Below are positions 34,326-46,039 of a DNA stretch of 64,000 nucleotides, piece after piece. Under the pieces are notes generated by a model, which saw only the letters and a list, made by a program, of their open reading frames with translations, had not been told where the DNA came from and ran no database searches. Position numbers and translations under genes: made by a program. Source of the stretch: Hemiscyllium ocellatum. Lineage: Eukaryota. Position 1 is the first letter of the stretch. Every line of letters starts with the position of its first letter. Location of the stretch: positions 6,561,534 through 6,625,533 of the forward strand of contig NC_083409.1 in the NCBI RefSeq assembly GCF_020745735.1. Reading direction: 5' to 3'.

Positions 34326-36273
34326 TTTGGATGAACTGGGAATCCTTCAGTTGTGAAAGATGCCATTCCATGTCACCATTGGAGGAAGAGCAGGCAGTTC
34401 CCCCAGTGCCCTGGTTAATACTTATATCCCAATCAAAATCAATAAAAATCTATTTCCCTGCTAATTATCATAATGTGTTTGGAATCTTACTGTGCACACT
34501 CTGCTGGAAAGAGCCATTGGAGCATCCTGAGTTGGGGACAGGTGGTACACAATTTCAAGTCTTTCTTTAAAGTTGGAGCTTCCTGATCCTGACCCTCACC
34601 CATTGTCCGTGCACTCTCACCTTCCAGGGGTCATTGAGTAATTAGGAGAAGTGACCTTGGCTGACCCTGGGGCAGTGAGACTCTTTGTAGCCTCACCCTT
34701 GACCTCAGCCCATTGGTGTGCAGCAAGGTTTGAGATGTAATCTGGAACATTCCACATGGACCCCCAATGAAGTGTGTGGATTCAAGCCTGCTCCAATGTT
34801 CCCGGATAAAGTTCGCCTGATTTGTGGGTGATAGCAGGTTTGTTAAGGACGTATCGAGCTGCATCCCACTTTCCAGCTTTTGCTCCGTACTCTGGAGGTA
34901 TCGCTGTTTCAAGTGAATATCCAAGTGTTTTTTCAATGTGATGATGGTTTTGGTCTCCCACCCTTTCAGTCAGTGAATCCCAGATCTCACCAGCCTCTGG
35001 GTGGAAACAGTTACTCCTCAACTCCCCTCAAACCCTGCCCCAATTCATTTCAATCTATCCCCATGGCTATTGTTTCTCTGCTGATGGAAATCAGTCCTTC
35101 CTACTCACGCTGTCCAGAGCCCTCATCATTTTACACACCTCGAATTCTCCAACATTCAATATGATCATGGCTGATCATCCAACACAATCCCCTGTTCCTG
35201 CTTTCTCCCCACATTCTTTGATCCCTTTAATCCTAAGAACAATATCTAATTCCTTCTTGAACACATTCCACATCTAATTCCCTCATGCTGGAAGAATGGA
35301 TGAGATATACTGGGTTGTTATTTTTTGACCAGTCTGGGCACAATGGGCTGATGGACCTTTTGGGTCTCTATGATTCTATGATTGTATATTATGAATAACT
35401 GGGTATCAAAGACTGACCCCTGTAGTATGACAATTGGTAACTACCTGCCATTCACAAAAGACTTGTTTCTGTCCTGTTTGCCAACCAGTTCGCAATCCAT
35501 GTCAGTACATGACCCCCAATCCTCCTGTTCGTTGGGATTTCCCTGATTCAGTTGGACATATTTCATCCTGTCAGCTCCTTGCTTTCCTCAGGTCCTGTTC
35601 AATGTCACCCCTGCATTTTCTATCCTCCTGTCAGCTTTCTTCAGGTTTGATCTCCAGATCACCAAATTCACCATCCCTAATTGGTCTTCCCTACTCTGTT
35701 GCCTTTTGGCATCCCTGCCTGAGAGTCTATATTTGGGAATCCCACAATTACTCATTGTGGGAACAGATTCTGAACAATCTCTGTCTCATCCTTCGAGGCC
35801 TCCCACTGCCCTGACAATGATTTTGCATCTTGTACTTGGTTTCAGTCTACTTTTGCTAAATCACTGCGCAGTTTAGTAAAATAGTTCATTCCCAATTGAA
35901 AACTTTTACACTTGCTCCATTGTTCTCCATTTCCATCCGTACTCTCAATCTCACTGAGTTCTGATCACTGTCACTGAAATGCTCCCCCATCGATAGCCCT
36001 TCCAGCTGCCCATATTCATTCCCTACACAATGGTCTAAAACTGTCCCTTCTCTTTCACCATTACCCTCTCAGGGGCAATTAGGAACGGGCAATAAATGCT
36101 GGTTCTGGCAGTGACTCATATTCCCAGAAGTAATTTAAACAATACCTGTTCTTTTATCGGGTTTATTCTGTATTGACTACAAATGTTCAATAAGATTGTA
36201 TTGCCAATGAATACACTGAGAGTCAAAATCTATTTGTTTGGCAGGGATTAAAATTGTTTCTCTTGTCTTTCAG

Positions 36274-36601
36274 GCCATGAGAACTCTCAGCTCAAGCTGA
36301 CCCTGCTGCCCACCTCCCCGGAGCAGGTCAATGCCAAGAGCACTGCCAACCTGGTGTGCCTTGCCAATCACTTCTATCCCGATGAGCTGGAGGTGCAATG
36401 GAAGTAGGATGGTGCAGTCATTTCGGACGGGGTTCAAACTCGCAACTACCCGCGAGCTTCGGACAGCACCTACAGTGTCAGCAGCCTGCTGACCCTCTCT
36501 GGATCTGACTGGGAGTCCAAAGCTCACTTCTCCTGTACCCTCACCCACGTGAACCTCCCGTCTCCCTCAGAAAGTGCATCAGGAGTTCAGAATGTGTGTA
36601 G
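36274..36601 (+). pseudogene. IGKC: Ig kappa constant exon 2, orphan pseudogene
   Basis: Reads (S)HENSQLKLTLLPTSPEQVNAKSTANLVCLANHFYPDELEVQWK*DG. TAG at 36405-36407, -1 frameshift near 36565, corrected end RSSECV*. Confidence 0.96.
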
Positions 36602-37120
36602 AGTGTTGGAGACAGTCCACAGAGGAGACACAACTTTACTTAGAACAGGGCTGAGTTGACAGGACAAAGGTCATGGTCAGCACTAAATTTCAACTCTCTT
36701 CCTTCTCAGGACTGCTCAGAGATACGTCTGAGGTTTGGATGTTGAAGTAGGTCACTGCAACAGTGTCAAGAGACTTGACACTATGTCAAAGCTCATGCTG
36801 TCCTTGTCCTGGGTGTGTTTGATGGGGAAGTGTTGACTGTATGCCAAGTAAAATCTCTTGAAGATGTTGAAGACTGTCAGATGTACAAAACAATGGAAAC
36901 CTCAGAATTCTCTGCTTCAGTCAACCAGATCTCCTTCCTGCTTAGCTGTCTGTTCCAATTTAACATTTTGTCACTGTTTAAAGGGACAGGATTCTCATGT
37001 TATTGAGAAAATCTCCACAAGTGTTTTCCTTAAGCTCCATTGTGGCTATGATTTTGAGCAGCTTTCTCTGTCTGGGCTGTTAATTGCTGTTTTTTATGTC
37101 AATGTGAATATGAAAAAGGG

Positions 37121-37126
37121 AATAAA
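37121..37126 (+). terminator. Poly(A) signal of C-kappa 2
   Basis: AATAAA in the same context (GGAATAAAGATGAA) as 14882. Confidence 0.7.
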
Positions 37127-37559
37127 GATGAATATACAGTCTCTGTCTCTGTGTGGTTTGGAAATAGATGACCTTTCCCGCCCTCTCAGTTGACTGGCTG
37201 CATTTCAGCAGGTCATCGTCACAGTTGGTTGCTTGGCCTGTCAATCAATTACAGTCATTATGCATTAATCATTTTCAAATAAGTCATTTAGTCAGGAATT
37301 TATGCAGGTTACAAGATTCCAAAAAGAACAGAAACTGAAAGTTGTTAAGACTCAATAAGTACAATCTGACGCATTCCTTCCAGGCCCAGCTGATGGGATT
37401 GCACTGTGCAATCTCTGAGGCATGTTGGGTAGCCCCTGAAACAATCTTCATCCATTCACCAACATTGTTGGCTGTGTCTCTCACAGTGTGAGGTGTTTAA
37501 CTTTATGCTGCCTGTAGGTGTCTCTCTCAGTGTGTTACTTAGTGCAACCTGAAGATGTC

Positions 37560-38125
37560 TCTCTCAGTGCGAGTGTGTTACTCTGTGCTGCCTGTAGGTG
37601 TCACTCTGAGGTCTGTGTCTTCGAGTGATGGATTGAGAATGGGGTTTGTGCTGGGGATGGAAGATTAGGCTTTAATCTTCTCAAATCATGAATGAAAAAC
37701 AGCTCAGCTGATTCAGTCTGACAGGCAGTTAATTCAGATGGCCAAAGTTAAAAAGCACACAATACCAGGTCTGAGTCAAACAGGGATATTTGGAAGTTGA
37801 AGTACTCGGTGCGCTGTTCATTCTTCAGGTAGCTGGAGGGGCAGGATCACAGGACACAGAGGTTATAGCAAACTCAGATAGCAGCTGAGAGTGTATTGTC
37901 GGTAACGGAGGGATTTCAGAGGCAGTGGGCACTGTGCTCCCTAATGTGTTGTCCACTTACAAGGGTATTTTCTGGGTGCAGGTTCAGAGCAGTAGTGGCT
38001 GCCTGCTCAGCCAAAGCTGGCTCACCATAGTTGCATTTCAGATGTCAATTAGCACGAAGTTAGGAGCAGCAATATTACCTTCCAGGGAGGGGAGCTGTCT
38101 GAGGGAGGGAGGTTGAATTCTTACT
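37560..38125 (+). repeat. ~570-bp direct repeat (second copy about 40020-40590; partial third copy about 39340-39540)
   Basis: Shared GAGAATGGG..GGCTTTAATCTTCTCAAAT..AAAGTTAAAAA..GGGAGGGGAGCTGTCTGA; includes a PLE terminal fragment. Confidence 0.85.
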
Positions 38126-38448
38126 GCCCCAAGTGAGGTTGCATGATGGATTAATGACAAGTATGGCCACCATGAAGGTGTCAAGTTCTCTCCTCCTGTC
38201 CCAGCTGTGATGCCCCTCGTGTTAAAAACGTGACTGTGCTCCTTTAGGATGATGACTATGTTCCTGTGTGAGGTAGGGAGGGAAGGTCAGCATCCCCCAA
38301 AGGCAGCACAAGCTGGATCGAAGGGGCATCAAGTGTAAGCATGGGAAGATTGAGGGTGACAGAAGGATGGGGGTTTTTAGGTTGTTATTCATTGTCAGGT
38401 CCCAGAGTATCACTACTTCTGACAGTACCCTGTTTTTTTTTAGAACCT

Positions 38449-39290
38449 CTGACACTCCTGTTTATTTTTTCTCTATTACCCCCACACTACTGCCTAACGG
38501 CGGTCGTGCTTATTTTTTTCCCCAGCACCCATGTTGTGTGTGTGCAGGTGTGAGACACAGTGAGAGACATCATGTGTGCGAATCTTTATTCAGTTTCCAC
38601 CACCAGGAAGAAAGGAAACATCCGAGTGGCCTGTGACAAGCAGTGCCCTTCGCATCAAAGGACAATGCTGTGTGATCAAACAGTGAAGGGGAAGGCAGGA
38701 ATTAAATCCAAATAGAGTTGGAGGGGGAGATAATGCTCTCCACTCCCTGCGGCGTCCACCTGTCCCTGAACAACTCCAGGGTGTTGCTGGAGACCATGTT
38801 GTTCCTTCTCCAAGGACACCCGGTTCTAATGTAACCGCGGAAGTGGTGCAGGCAGTTGGCTCAAGGAACCACTTCCACAGCCCACTGCCTGGACCTGTTT
38901 ATGGCCAGTTTGGCCAAGCCCAGGAGCAGACCCACGAGGAGGTCTTCAGACCTGCGCTCCCTCCTCCGTATCGGGTACCCGAAGATCAGGAGCGTGGGAC
39001 GGAAGTGCAACCAAAAGCAGAGGAGGAAGTTTTTAAGAAAATCAAAAGGGAGTGCAAACGCCCACACCCAATATATACATGGTCCACGGATTCCACAGCA
39101 CCACAGAACAAGCAGTTAGGCTGGGAATCCGTGAACCACCGCTGTGCGCACCACCCTCCACCCCAGATCCCCAAGAGAAAGGGTGAGGACTCCCGCATAG
39201 AGAGCCCTCCACGGGGATCCCCACCAACTGGTGGCAAAGTGGTGTGTCCAGACGGTGGATGAGGGAGAAGAGGTGGACGGTGTGCAGCAG
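38449..39290 (-). mobile_element. Tx1-clade LINE 3' end
   Basis: FTDSQPNCLFCGAVESVDHVYIGCGRL (CCHC-type finger) and EDLLVGLLLGLAKLAINRSRQ, followed by a 3' UTR with an A-rich end. Confidence 0.85.
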
Positions 39291-39686
39291 CAGCGTGAGT
39301 AGTATGCTTACACTCACAGACACACATACAGGCAGGACGGAGTGTAAGCATTTTACACAGTATTGCCTGTCTCTCTACTTAGTGCAGCCTGTCAGTGTCT
39401 CTCTGAGGTATTTGTCTCTTAGCGGTGAATAGAGAATGGGCTTTGTGTTGGAGGTTAAAGATTATGCTTTAGTCTTCTCAAATCATGAACGAAAAACAGT
39501 TCAGCTGATTCAGTCTGAGATGGCAGCTCATTGAGAAGACCAAATGTCCCCATCTGCCTCAGCAGAGACACTGACTGGCAGCACAGCGTAACCTGCTCAC
39601 GCTCAGAGAGCCCTACAGGCAGCATGGAGTGTGAGCATGTTACTCAGTGCTGTCTGGGTCTCTCCGTGTGTGTGTTATTCTGTTCG

Positions 39687-40014
39687 GGAGTTGTTCAGCG
39701 AGAGGTGGACGCCGCAGGGAGTGGAGAGCATTATCTCCCCCTCCAACTCTATTTGGATTTAATCCCTTCCCTCCCCTTCACTGTTTGGTCACACAGCATT
39801 GTCCATTGATGCGAAGGGCACTGCTTGTCACAGGCCACTCGGATGCTTCCTTTCTTCCTGGTGGTGGAAACTGAATAAAGATTCGCACACATGATGTCTC
39901 TCACTGTGCCTCACACCTGCACACACACAACATGGGTGCTGGGGAAAAAATAAGCACGACCGCTGTTAGGCAGTAGTGTGGGGGTAATAGAGAAAAAATA
40001 AACAGGAGCGTCAG
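39687..40014 (+). mobile_element. Tx1 3' tail, inverted copy of 38449-38777
   Basis: ~330 bp near-identical reverse complement. Confidence 0.9.
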
Positions 40015-40599
40015 TATTTCACTGAGTGTGAGTGTTTTCCTCTGTGATGCCTGGAGGTGACTCTGAGGTATTTGTCTCTTAGCGGTGGATAGAGAATGGG
40101 CTTTGTGATGGGGAATGAAGAATAGGCTTTAATCTTCTCAAATTTCAGGTGAAAAACAATTCAGTCTGAGATGGCACCTCAGCGAGTTGGTCAAAGTTAA
40201 AAATCACACAACACCAGGTTAGAGTCCAATAGGTTTATTTGGAAGTACAAGCTTTCAGAGTGCTGCTCCTTCATCTGGTCGCTAGCAGGACAGGAACAAA
40301 GTTCACAGAATTTACAGTGAAATTGAGATGGTAACTTAGAAAGGTGAATACTGAGAGTGTATTCTCAGTAAGGGAAGGACTTCAGAGTCAGTGCACACTG
40401 TGTTCCCGAATGTGTTGCCCGATCACAAGGGGATTTCCTGGAGCCTGGGTCATTGCAGTATTGGGTGCCTGCCCAGCTAATGCTGGTGAGCCATAGTCAT
40501 ATTTCAATGGTCTATTAGCCCTAAGCTAAATGCAGCAATATTACATTCCAGGGAGGGGAGCTGTCTGATGGAGGGAGGTTAAACTCTTGCAGACCCAAG

Positions 40600-40800
40600 A
40601 GGCCCAAACTCACACATTCCTGAACACAATGGGCAATTTCAGCATGACCAATTCACCTAACCTACACATGTTCGGAAACCCACACAGACACAGGGAGAAT
40701 GTGCAATCTGTACAGAAGCAGTCACCTGGGGCTGGAATTGACCCGGGTCCCTAGTGCTGTGAGGCAGCAGTGCTAACCGATGAGCTACCTTGCCACCCAT
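40600..40800 (-). mobile_element. HE1-type SINE, partial
   Basis: tRNA-like head GTTAGCACTGCTGCCTCACAGCACTAGGGACCCGGGTCAATTCC on the minus strand. Confidence 0.85.
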
Positions 40801-41689
40801 TAAAAAAGCCCAAAAAGTTGAGCTTTTCTTAATCTCCATGAGCCTGAGGTGATATAAACTATAAACACACAACCCTCTGCTAGGGAAGGCAGTGGAGGGT
40901 GGAAGCCTCACAATCTTTAAATAGAATAACATTTAAGGATCTGGGACAAGTGTAGGAAATTTGGATTAGAGTGTCTTTCGTGGTAGCTATGTTGGTGCAG
41001 ACTCAATGAGCCAAATGGCCTTTTCTGCGCTGTATCCATCTATGCTCCATGCTGAGAGGACAGTGCAAGCTAATGGTGACTAGGTTAGGTTGTTCCAAGA
41101 TGGCAAACTCATCATCAAGGGTCAGAGGAAATGGCTGAAGCTTCAGTGAAGGTCCAAGTAGGTGCTTGGAAGGAAGGTCAAGGCTAATGGAGACAAGGTC
41201 AATGGAGACTGAGCCAGGGCACAGGGTGCTGGCTGGCATCTCCAGGAGTTGTAATAAGGTATGTGTGGACAAGAGGGGAGTGTGTAGGGAGGGAGTGCAG
41301 TTTCAGATGAAATGCGATCTTTGCCAGCAGCAACGTGACCTACAGCACCAGGGGGTGTCCCTTACTGTGTCAGGCTCCCTGCTGCTCTTTGTGTGATTTC
41401 GCACAGCCACTTGGCTGGTCACCACGCAAAGCCTTGCTCATGTCTACACTACCATCTACACCACAGTCTCCACCCACTGTCTGCACCCAGCATCCAAAGC
41501 CACTGTCTGCACCTCCATTTGCACCTCCCATATTTCTGCTTTGTAAATTGTATCCAATAAATCCATTGAGATTACTGCTACAGAAACCTTAATTTCAGAA
41601 TTGGCTATGATTATCTTCAAACCCTGACCTTCAAAGTCTGTGTTCCACAATGAGATGATTAATATTAATTACTGAATCCCATTTGATTT

Positions 41690-42150
41690 CTGTGATGGCA
41701 GGCCTGACGTATAAGGAGAGGTTGAGGTGGTAAGGATTGTGTTCACTGGAGTTGCGAAGAATAAAGGAAGGGAATCTTGCAGAAAGCTATAAAATTGGAA
41801 CCAGACAAGACAAATGGAGTTTGGATGTTCCCAATGGTGCAAAGTTCAGCACCAGGGCTCATAGTTTAAAGTTGAGAGGTAAACCCTATAGGACAGAGAC
41901 GAAGAAAAATGTCTTCACTCAGAGAGTGGTGATCCTGCGGAATTCTCTGTCACAGAAAGTGGTCGATGCCAAAACATTATGTTTTCAAGAAGGAGGTAGA
42001 GAAATTTCTTGTGGCTAAATAATCAAGTAATATGGGAGTAGAGAGGGATTGCAGTATAATGCTCAATGATCAGCTACAATCATTTTGAATGTCAGAGCAG
42101 GCTGGAGAGTCTGATTGGCCTACTCCTGCTCCTATCCTCTATGTTTCTAT
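41690..42150 (+). mobile_element. CR1 3' fragment
   Basis: ORF 41737-42018 (KKNVFTQRVVILRNSLSQKVV). Confidence 0.85.
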
Positions 42151-43984
42151 GGAGCGTAAAATAGACGGTCAAGTGGAGGTCACTCTGTCGGATGGGTAAG
42201 TATCCATTCACAGATTCCACCCACACCACTACCATTCCATTTTAATTGGGTCCACTCCCTCTCTTCCTACGTCTTTGTTATTTGACCAGTGGCCAAACCT
42301 CCCCACCATCACGTTCCACCCACGTCACACCCCACTACCCTGGCGGGATCTGTGCTTGTTACCCATTGTTTGTTTTAACTTACTAATTGGGTGGTGTGCT
42401 GGTGAGGTTTTCAAAGGCTGGAAGAGTTGAATTCTCATCGCCCCTTGGGCTGATTTTGTTGTGTGCCTCCCTCAATATGGGCGACATAACACGGCTGCCT
42501 CACAGAACGAGGGAGCCAGGTTCGAGAGTCATACAGCACAGAAGTAGGCCCTTCGGCCCACCATGTCAATGCTGACCAACACCCACTAAACTACACTAAT
42601 CCCATTTGCCTGCAGTTGTGTCGAGCTGACTATTCCCTGGCATTATGAGCGCTCATCCGAATGTATTTTAAAGGTTGTGAGATTTTCAGCCTGCACAACC
42701 CTCTCAGGCAGCATGTTCCATGTACCTACCACATGCTGGGTCAAAAAATGCTTTCACCTTAATTTTATGACCTCTGGGTGAGGAGCGGAGGCTGCAGAAC
42801 AGTATGAGAGGTCAGAAGTGGAGAGAGAGAGAACAGTGTGAGGGTGAGGAATGGAGCTTGGAGCAGGAAGACACTTGTGTTCTGGAAAGCAGTACATATA
42901 GGGAAGAGATCCAAGAGCTGGTAGGAATAGTCTCCATGCTTCCTAACAGTAGCTTTATGTTGGGAAAGAGATTAAATCAAGAGGTAATTAGAGCCTGGAA
43001 ATAAGGCTGCTCATTAATGACAAATGACTTTAAGCCTTATGTTGATTGTTGTTCGACAGAATTATCTTTTTTATTCATTCACAGGATGAGGACATCACTG
43101 ACTAGGACAGCACTTATTACCCACCTCTAATTGCCCCAAAGGGCAGTTAACAGTCATCCACATTGCTGTAGGATTGGATTCCCATGTAGGCCAGACCAGG
43201 AAAGGATGGCAGTTCCCTTCCCTAAAGGGCATGAGTGAACCAGATGGGTTTTCCCGACAATCGACATGGATTCATGGTCATCGTTAGGCTCCTAATTGCA
43301 GATTTTTAAAATTAATTTCAAATTCCTCCATCTGCCGCAGTGGGATTTGAGCCTGTGACTCCGGAACAATATCTGGGTCTCTGTGCATTAATCACAGAAG
43401 GTTAGTGTGTAGATACAGTCAGTCATCAGGAAAGCTCATAGAACGCTATGGTGTGTTGTGAGGGGAAACTGAATGCAAGGCTTCATTGCAAGATTCAAGA
43501 TCCTGAGGGCCCTTAACGGGTGGACGTGGAAAGGATGTTTCCTCTTGTGGGAGAATCCAGACCTAGGGATCACAGTTTAAAATTAAGGGAGAGTCCATTC
43601 AAATCAGAGATTCAGAAACATGTTACTCTCAGAGTTGTCAGTCTTTGGAATTCCCTTCCTTATAAAAGGCAGTGGATGCAGAATCTTTCAATATTTTTAA
43701 GGCAGAGGTGGATAGATTCTTGATGACGGAATGGATGGAACATTATCGGAGAATGCAGAGTTGAGGTTAAAATCAGACCAACCATCGAAGGCTGTCGCTT
43801 ATATTTTCTATCTGCAGATTAAGCTGCATGTGCAATAGGCCTCATCTGCACAGTGTTTTCTCCAGCCTTTCACAATGTTATGTGAAAGATACTGGCTCCA
43901 CAATCAATCCATTAACTCTGAGTTGGTGTATTTAAACAATAAAACACATTACAAGTCATTAAGCAGACATTACAACAAGCAATA

Positions 43985-44300
43985 ATGGGCAGCTCAGAGC
44001 CTCAATGGTTAGCACTACTGCCTCACAGCGCGCAGGAAACGCGTTCGATTCCACCCTCAAGCGACTGTATTTGGAGTTTGGACATTCTCGCTGGGTCTGT
44101 GTGGGTGTCTTCTGGGTGCTCCGGTTTCTTCCCACAATCCAAAGATGTGCAGGTCAGGTGAATTGGCCATGCTAAAATGGCCATGGTGTTCGGGGATGTG
44201 TGGGTTGTCAGTTGTCAGGGAAAATGTTGAGTAATAGGGTGGGGGAATGGGATGCTCTTTGGAGATTCGGTGTGGACTTGTTGGGATTCTGTGAATCGAT
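43985..44300 (+). mobile_element. HE1-type SINE
   Basis: tRNA head plus the TCCAAAGATGTGCAGGT core. Confidence 0.85.
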
Positions 44301-44564
44301 CTCGGTCAGTGCAGCTTGCAGGCTCACAGATGATTAACTGATAGGTGGAGTACATACACAGGGGTGGATTTTCTCAAAGGCAATATTTTCACACAACACA
44401 CAGCCACTGAACATCTGGAAGAGACTGTTACATTCTCTCTTGTTGGAGACAGTCATTTGGCTGGCAGTTGTGTGACACAAATGTAACCTTATTCATGTTG
44501 CAAACCCACATCTCTGGCAGTAATCTGCTTTGGAACATCCTCAGGTGATAAAAAGTGCCATACA

Positions 44565-44900
44565 TGTGGGTGCACGATGGCTCAGTGGTTACCACTGTTG
44601 CCTCACCGCACCAGGGAAACACCTCAGGCAGGTCTGTGTGGAGTCTGCACATTCTCCCTGTGCCTGTGTGGTCTTCTCTGGGAGCTCTGGTTTCCTCCAA
44701 CAGTCCAAAGATCTGCAGCCTCAGTAAATTGGCCATGCTAAATTGCGCATAGTGTCCAGGGATGTGCAGGCTACGTGGATTAGACATTGGAAAAGTGCAG
44801 GGATAGAGCAGGGGGCTGGGTGGAGTGCTCTTCAGAGGGGCAATGTGAACTTGATGGGCTGAATGGCCTACTTCCACACTATACGGATTCTGTGATACAA
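44565..44900 (+). mobile_element. HE1-type SINE
   Basis: GCACGATGGCTCAGTGGTTA head, core and CR1-like tail. Confidence 0.85.
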
Positions 44901-45014
44901 ATGCAAGTTCCTTCTTTCCATTCTAGCCCTGAAGCATGCATGTGGTTCTATCTCATATCCACTCAAGAGATGGCAACCCTTTGAATACAGGAGCAGCCTC
45001 GATTCTTTTGGAAA

Positions 45015-45120
45015 TCACTTCTTCCAATCTGTGTCCTTCACAGCCTTGTAGGCAGCAACAATGAAATCCGGAAATAACCCAAAGGTATAATCTTCTGGAC
45101 TCTTCATTAAACTGTGGAAC
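45015..45120 (-). pseudogene. RNASEL: RNase L/IRE1-like KEN-domain terminal exon, probably a premature stop
   Basis: Acceptor TTCTTTTCAG|, phase 2. Reads (E)[36 protein letters not shown] versus human RNase L [33 protein letters not shown] (from memory). The symbol means family-level similarity only. Confidence 0.75.
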
Positions 45121-45439
45121 CTGAAAAGAACAATTAATGTCCAATTCAATGAGGATAATTCTCAGCAATACCTAAATGCTGAGTTTTAGTACTCAGCAGG
45201 CCGCAGAAGTCAAAATAACTGAGTAGATCATTGCTCTGAATTGCTCAAAAATTTCACCTTCACATTTCTGGAGGCTTTGATCAAAAAAGGTCGCTTACTC
45301 CTCTGCAAAATACAGCTTAAAATCAACCCAAACACCCAACCACCCAGCAGAGAGCGGAGCCCTGTACTAACTGGAACCTAGTCAGTGGAAGCACTGTCAC
45401 ATCTGTCTCAGAAGCTTTGTCTATTTAAACCAGAGACTT

Positions 45440-45940
45440 AGTCAGAGAGTCTTTCGGCACAGCAATAGACCCTTTGGTTCAACTCATCCATGCTAACCAG
45501 ATATTCTAAATTAATAGAGTCCCATTTGCCGGTAATTGGCTCATATCCCTCTGAATCCTATCTATTCATAGAGCCATCCAAATGCCTTTTAAATGTTGTA
45601 AGTGTACCAGCCTCCACTATTTTCTCTGGCAGCTCAATCCTCACATGCACCACCCTCTGCATGAAAAAGTTGCTTCTTAGATCCCTACCATTTGCTTCCT
45701 TTCTTACCTTAAACCTGTGCCCTCTAGTTTTCAACTCACATACTCTGGGAAAAAGACCTTGGCTATTCATCTTATACATGCCCCTCATGATGTTGTAAAC
45801 CTCTATAAATTCACTCCTCAGCCTCCACCGCTCCAGGGAAAAATAGCCCCAGTGTAGTCAGCCTCTCCCTACAGCTCAAACCCTCCAACCCCAGCTACAT
45901 TGTTGCAAATCTTTTTTGCCCCCTTTCTAGTTAAACAACA
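45440..45940 (-). mobile_element. CR1 3' fragment
   Basis: ORF 45558-45788 (RSNFFMQRVVHVRIELPE). Confidence 0.9.
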
Positions 45941-46039
45941 TTGTTCCTGTAGCAGGAAGACCAGAAAGGAGCCGTTTATTCTCAAGGTGTCCTCACCAAT
46001 GGCCACTTTGGGGGACAGCCAGAATATGGCAGCCCGAAC

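Larger units (their letters stand above)
32760..37165 (+). repeat. Paralog of about 11300-14935 (3' part of J-C intron, C exon, 3' UTR)
   Basis: Collinear CR1 endonuclease remnant, SINE, the 12400-12860 block (34540-34980), pre-exon intron, C exon and UTR. Confidence 0.88.

Noticed and set aside
37290-37490. SGIYAGY and ACWVAPET resemble kinase motifs
   Set aside because: Short matches in different frames separated by stops, with no exon boundaries.
42420-42490. Possible U2 snRNA fragment as a Tx1 target
   Set aside because: Only a few bases match the U2 5' end.
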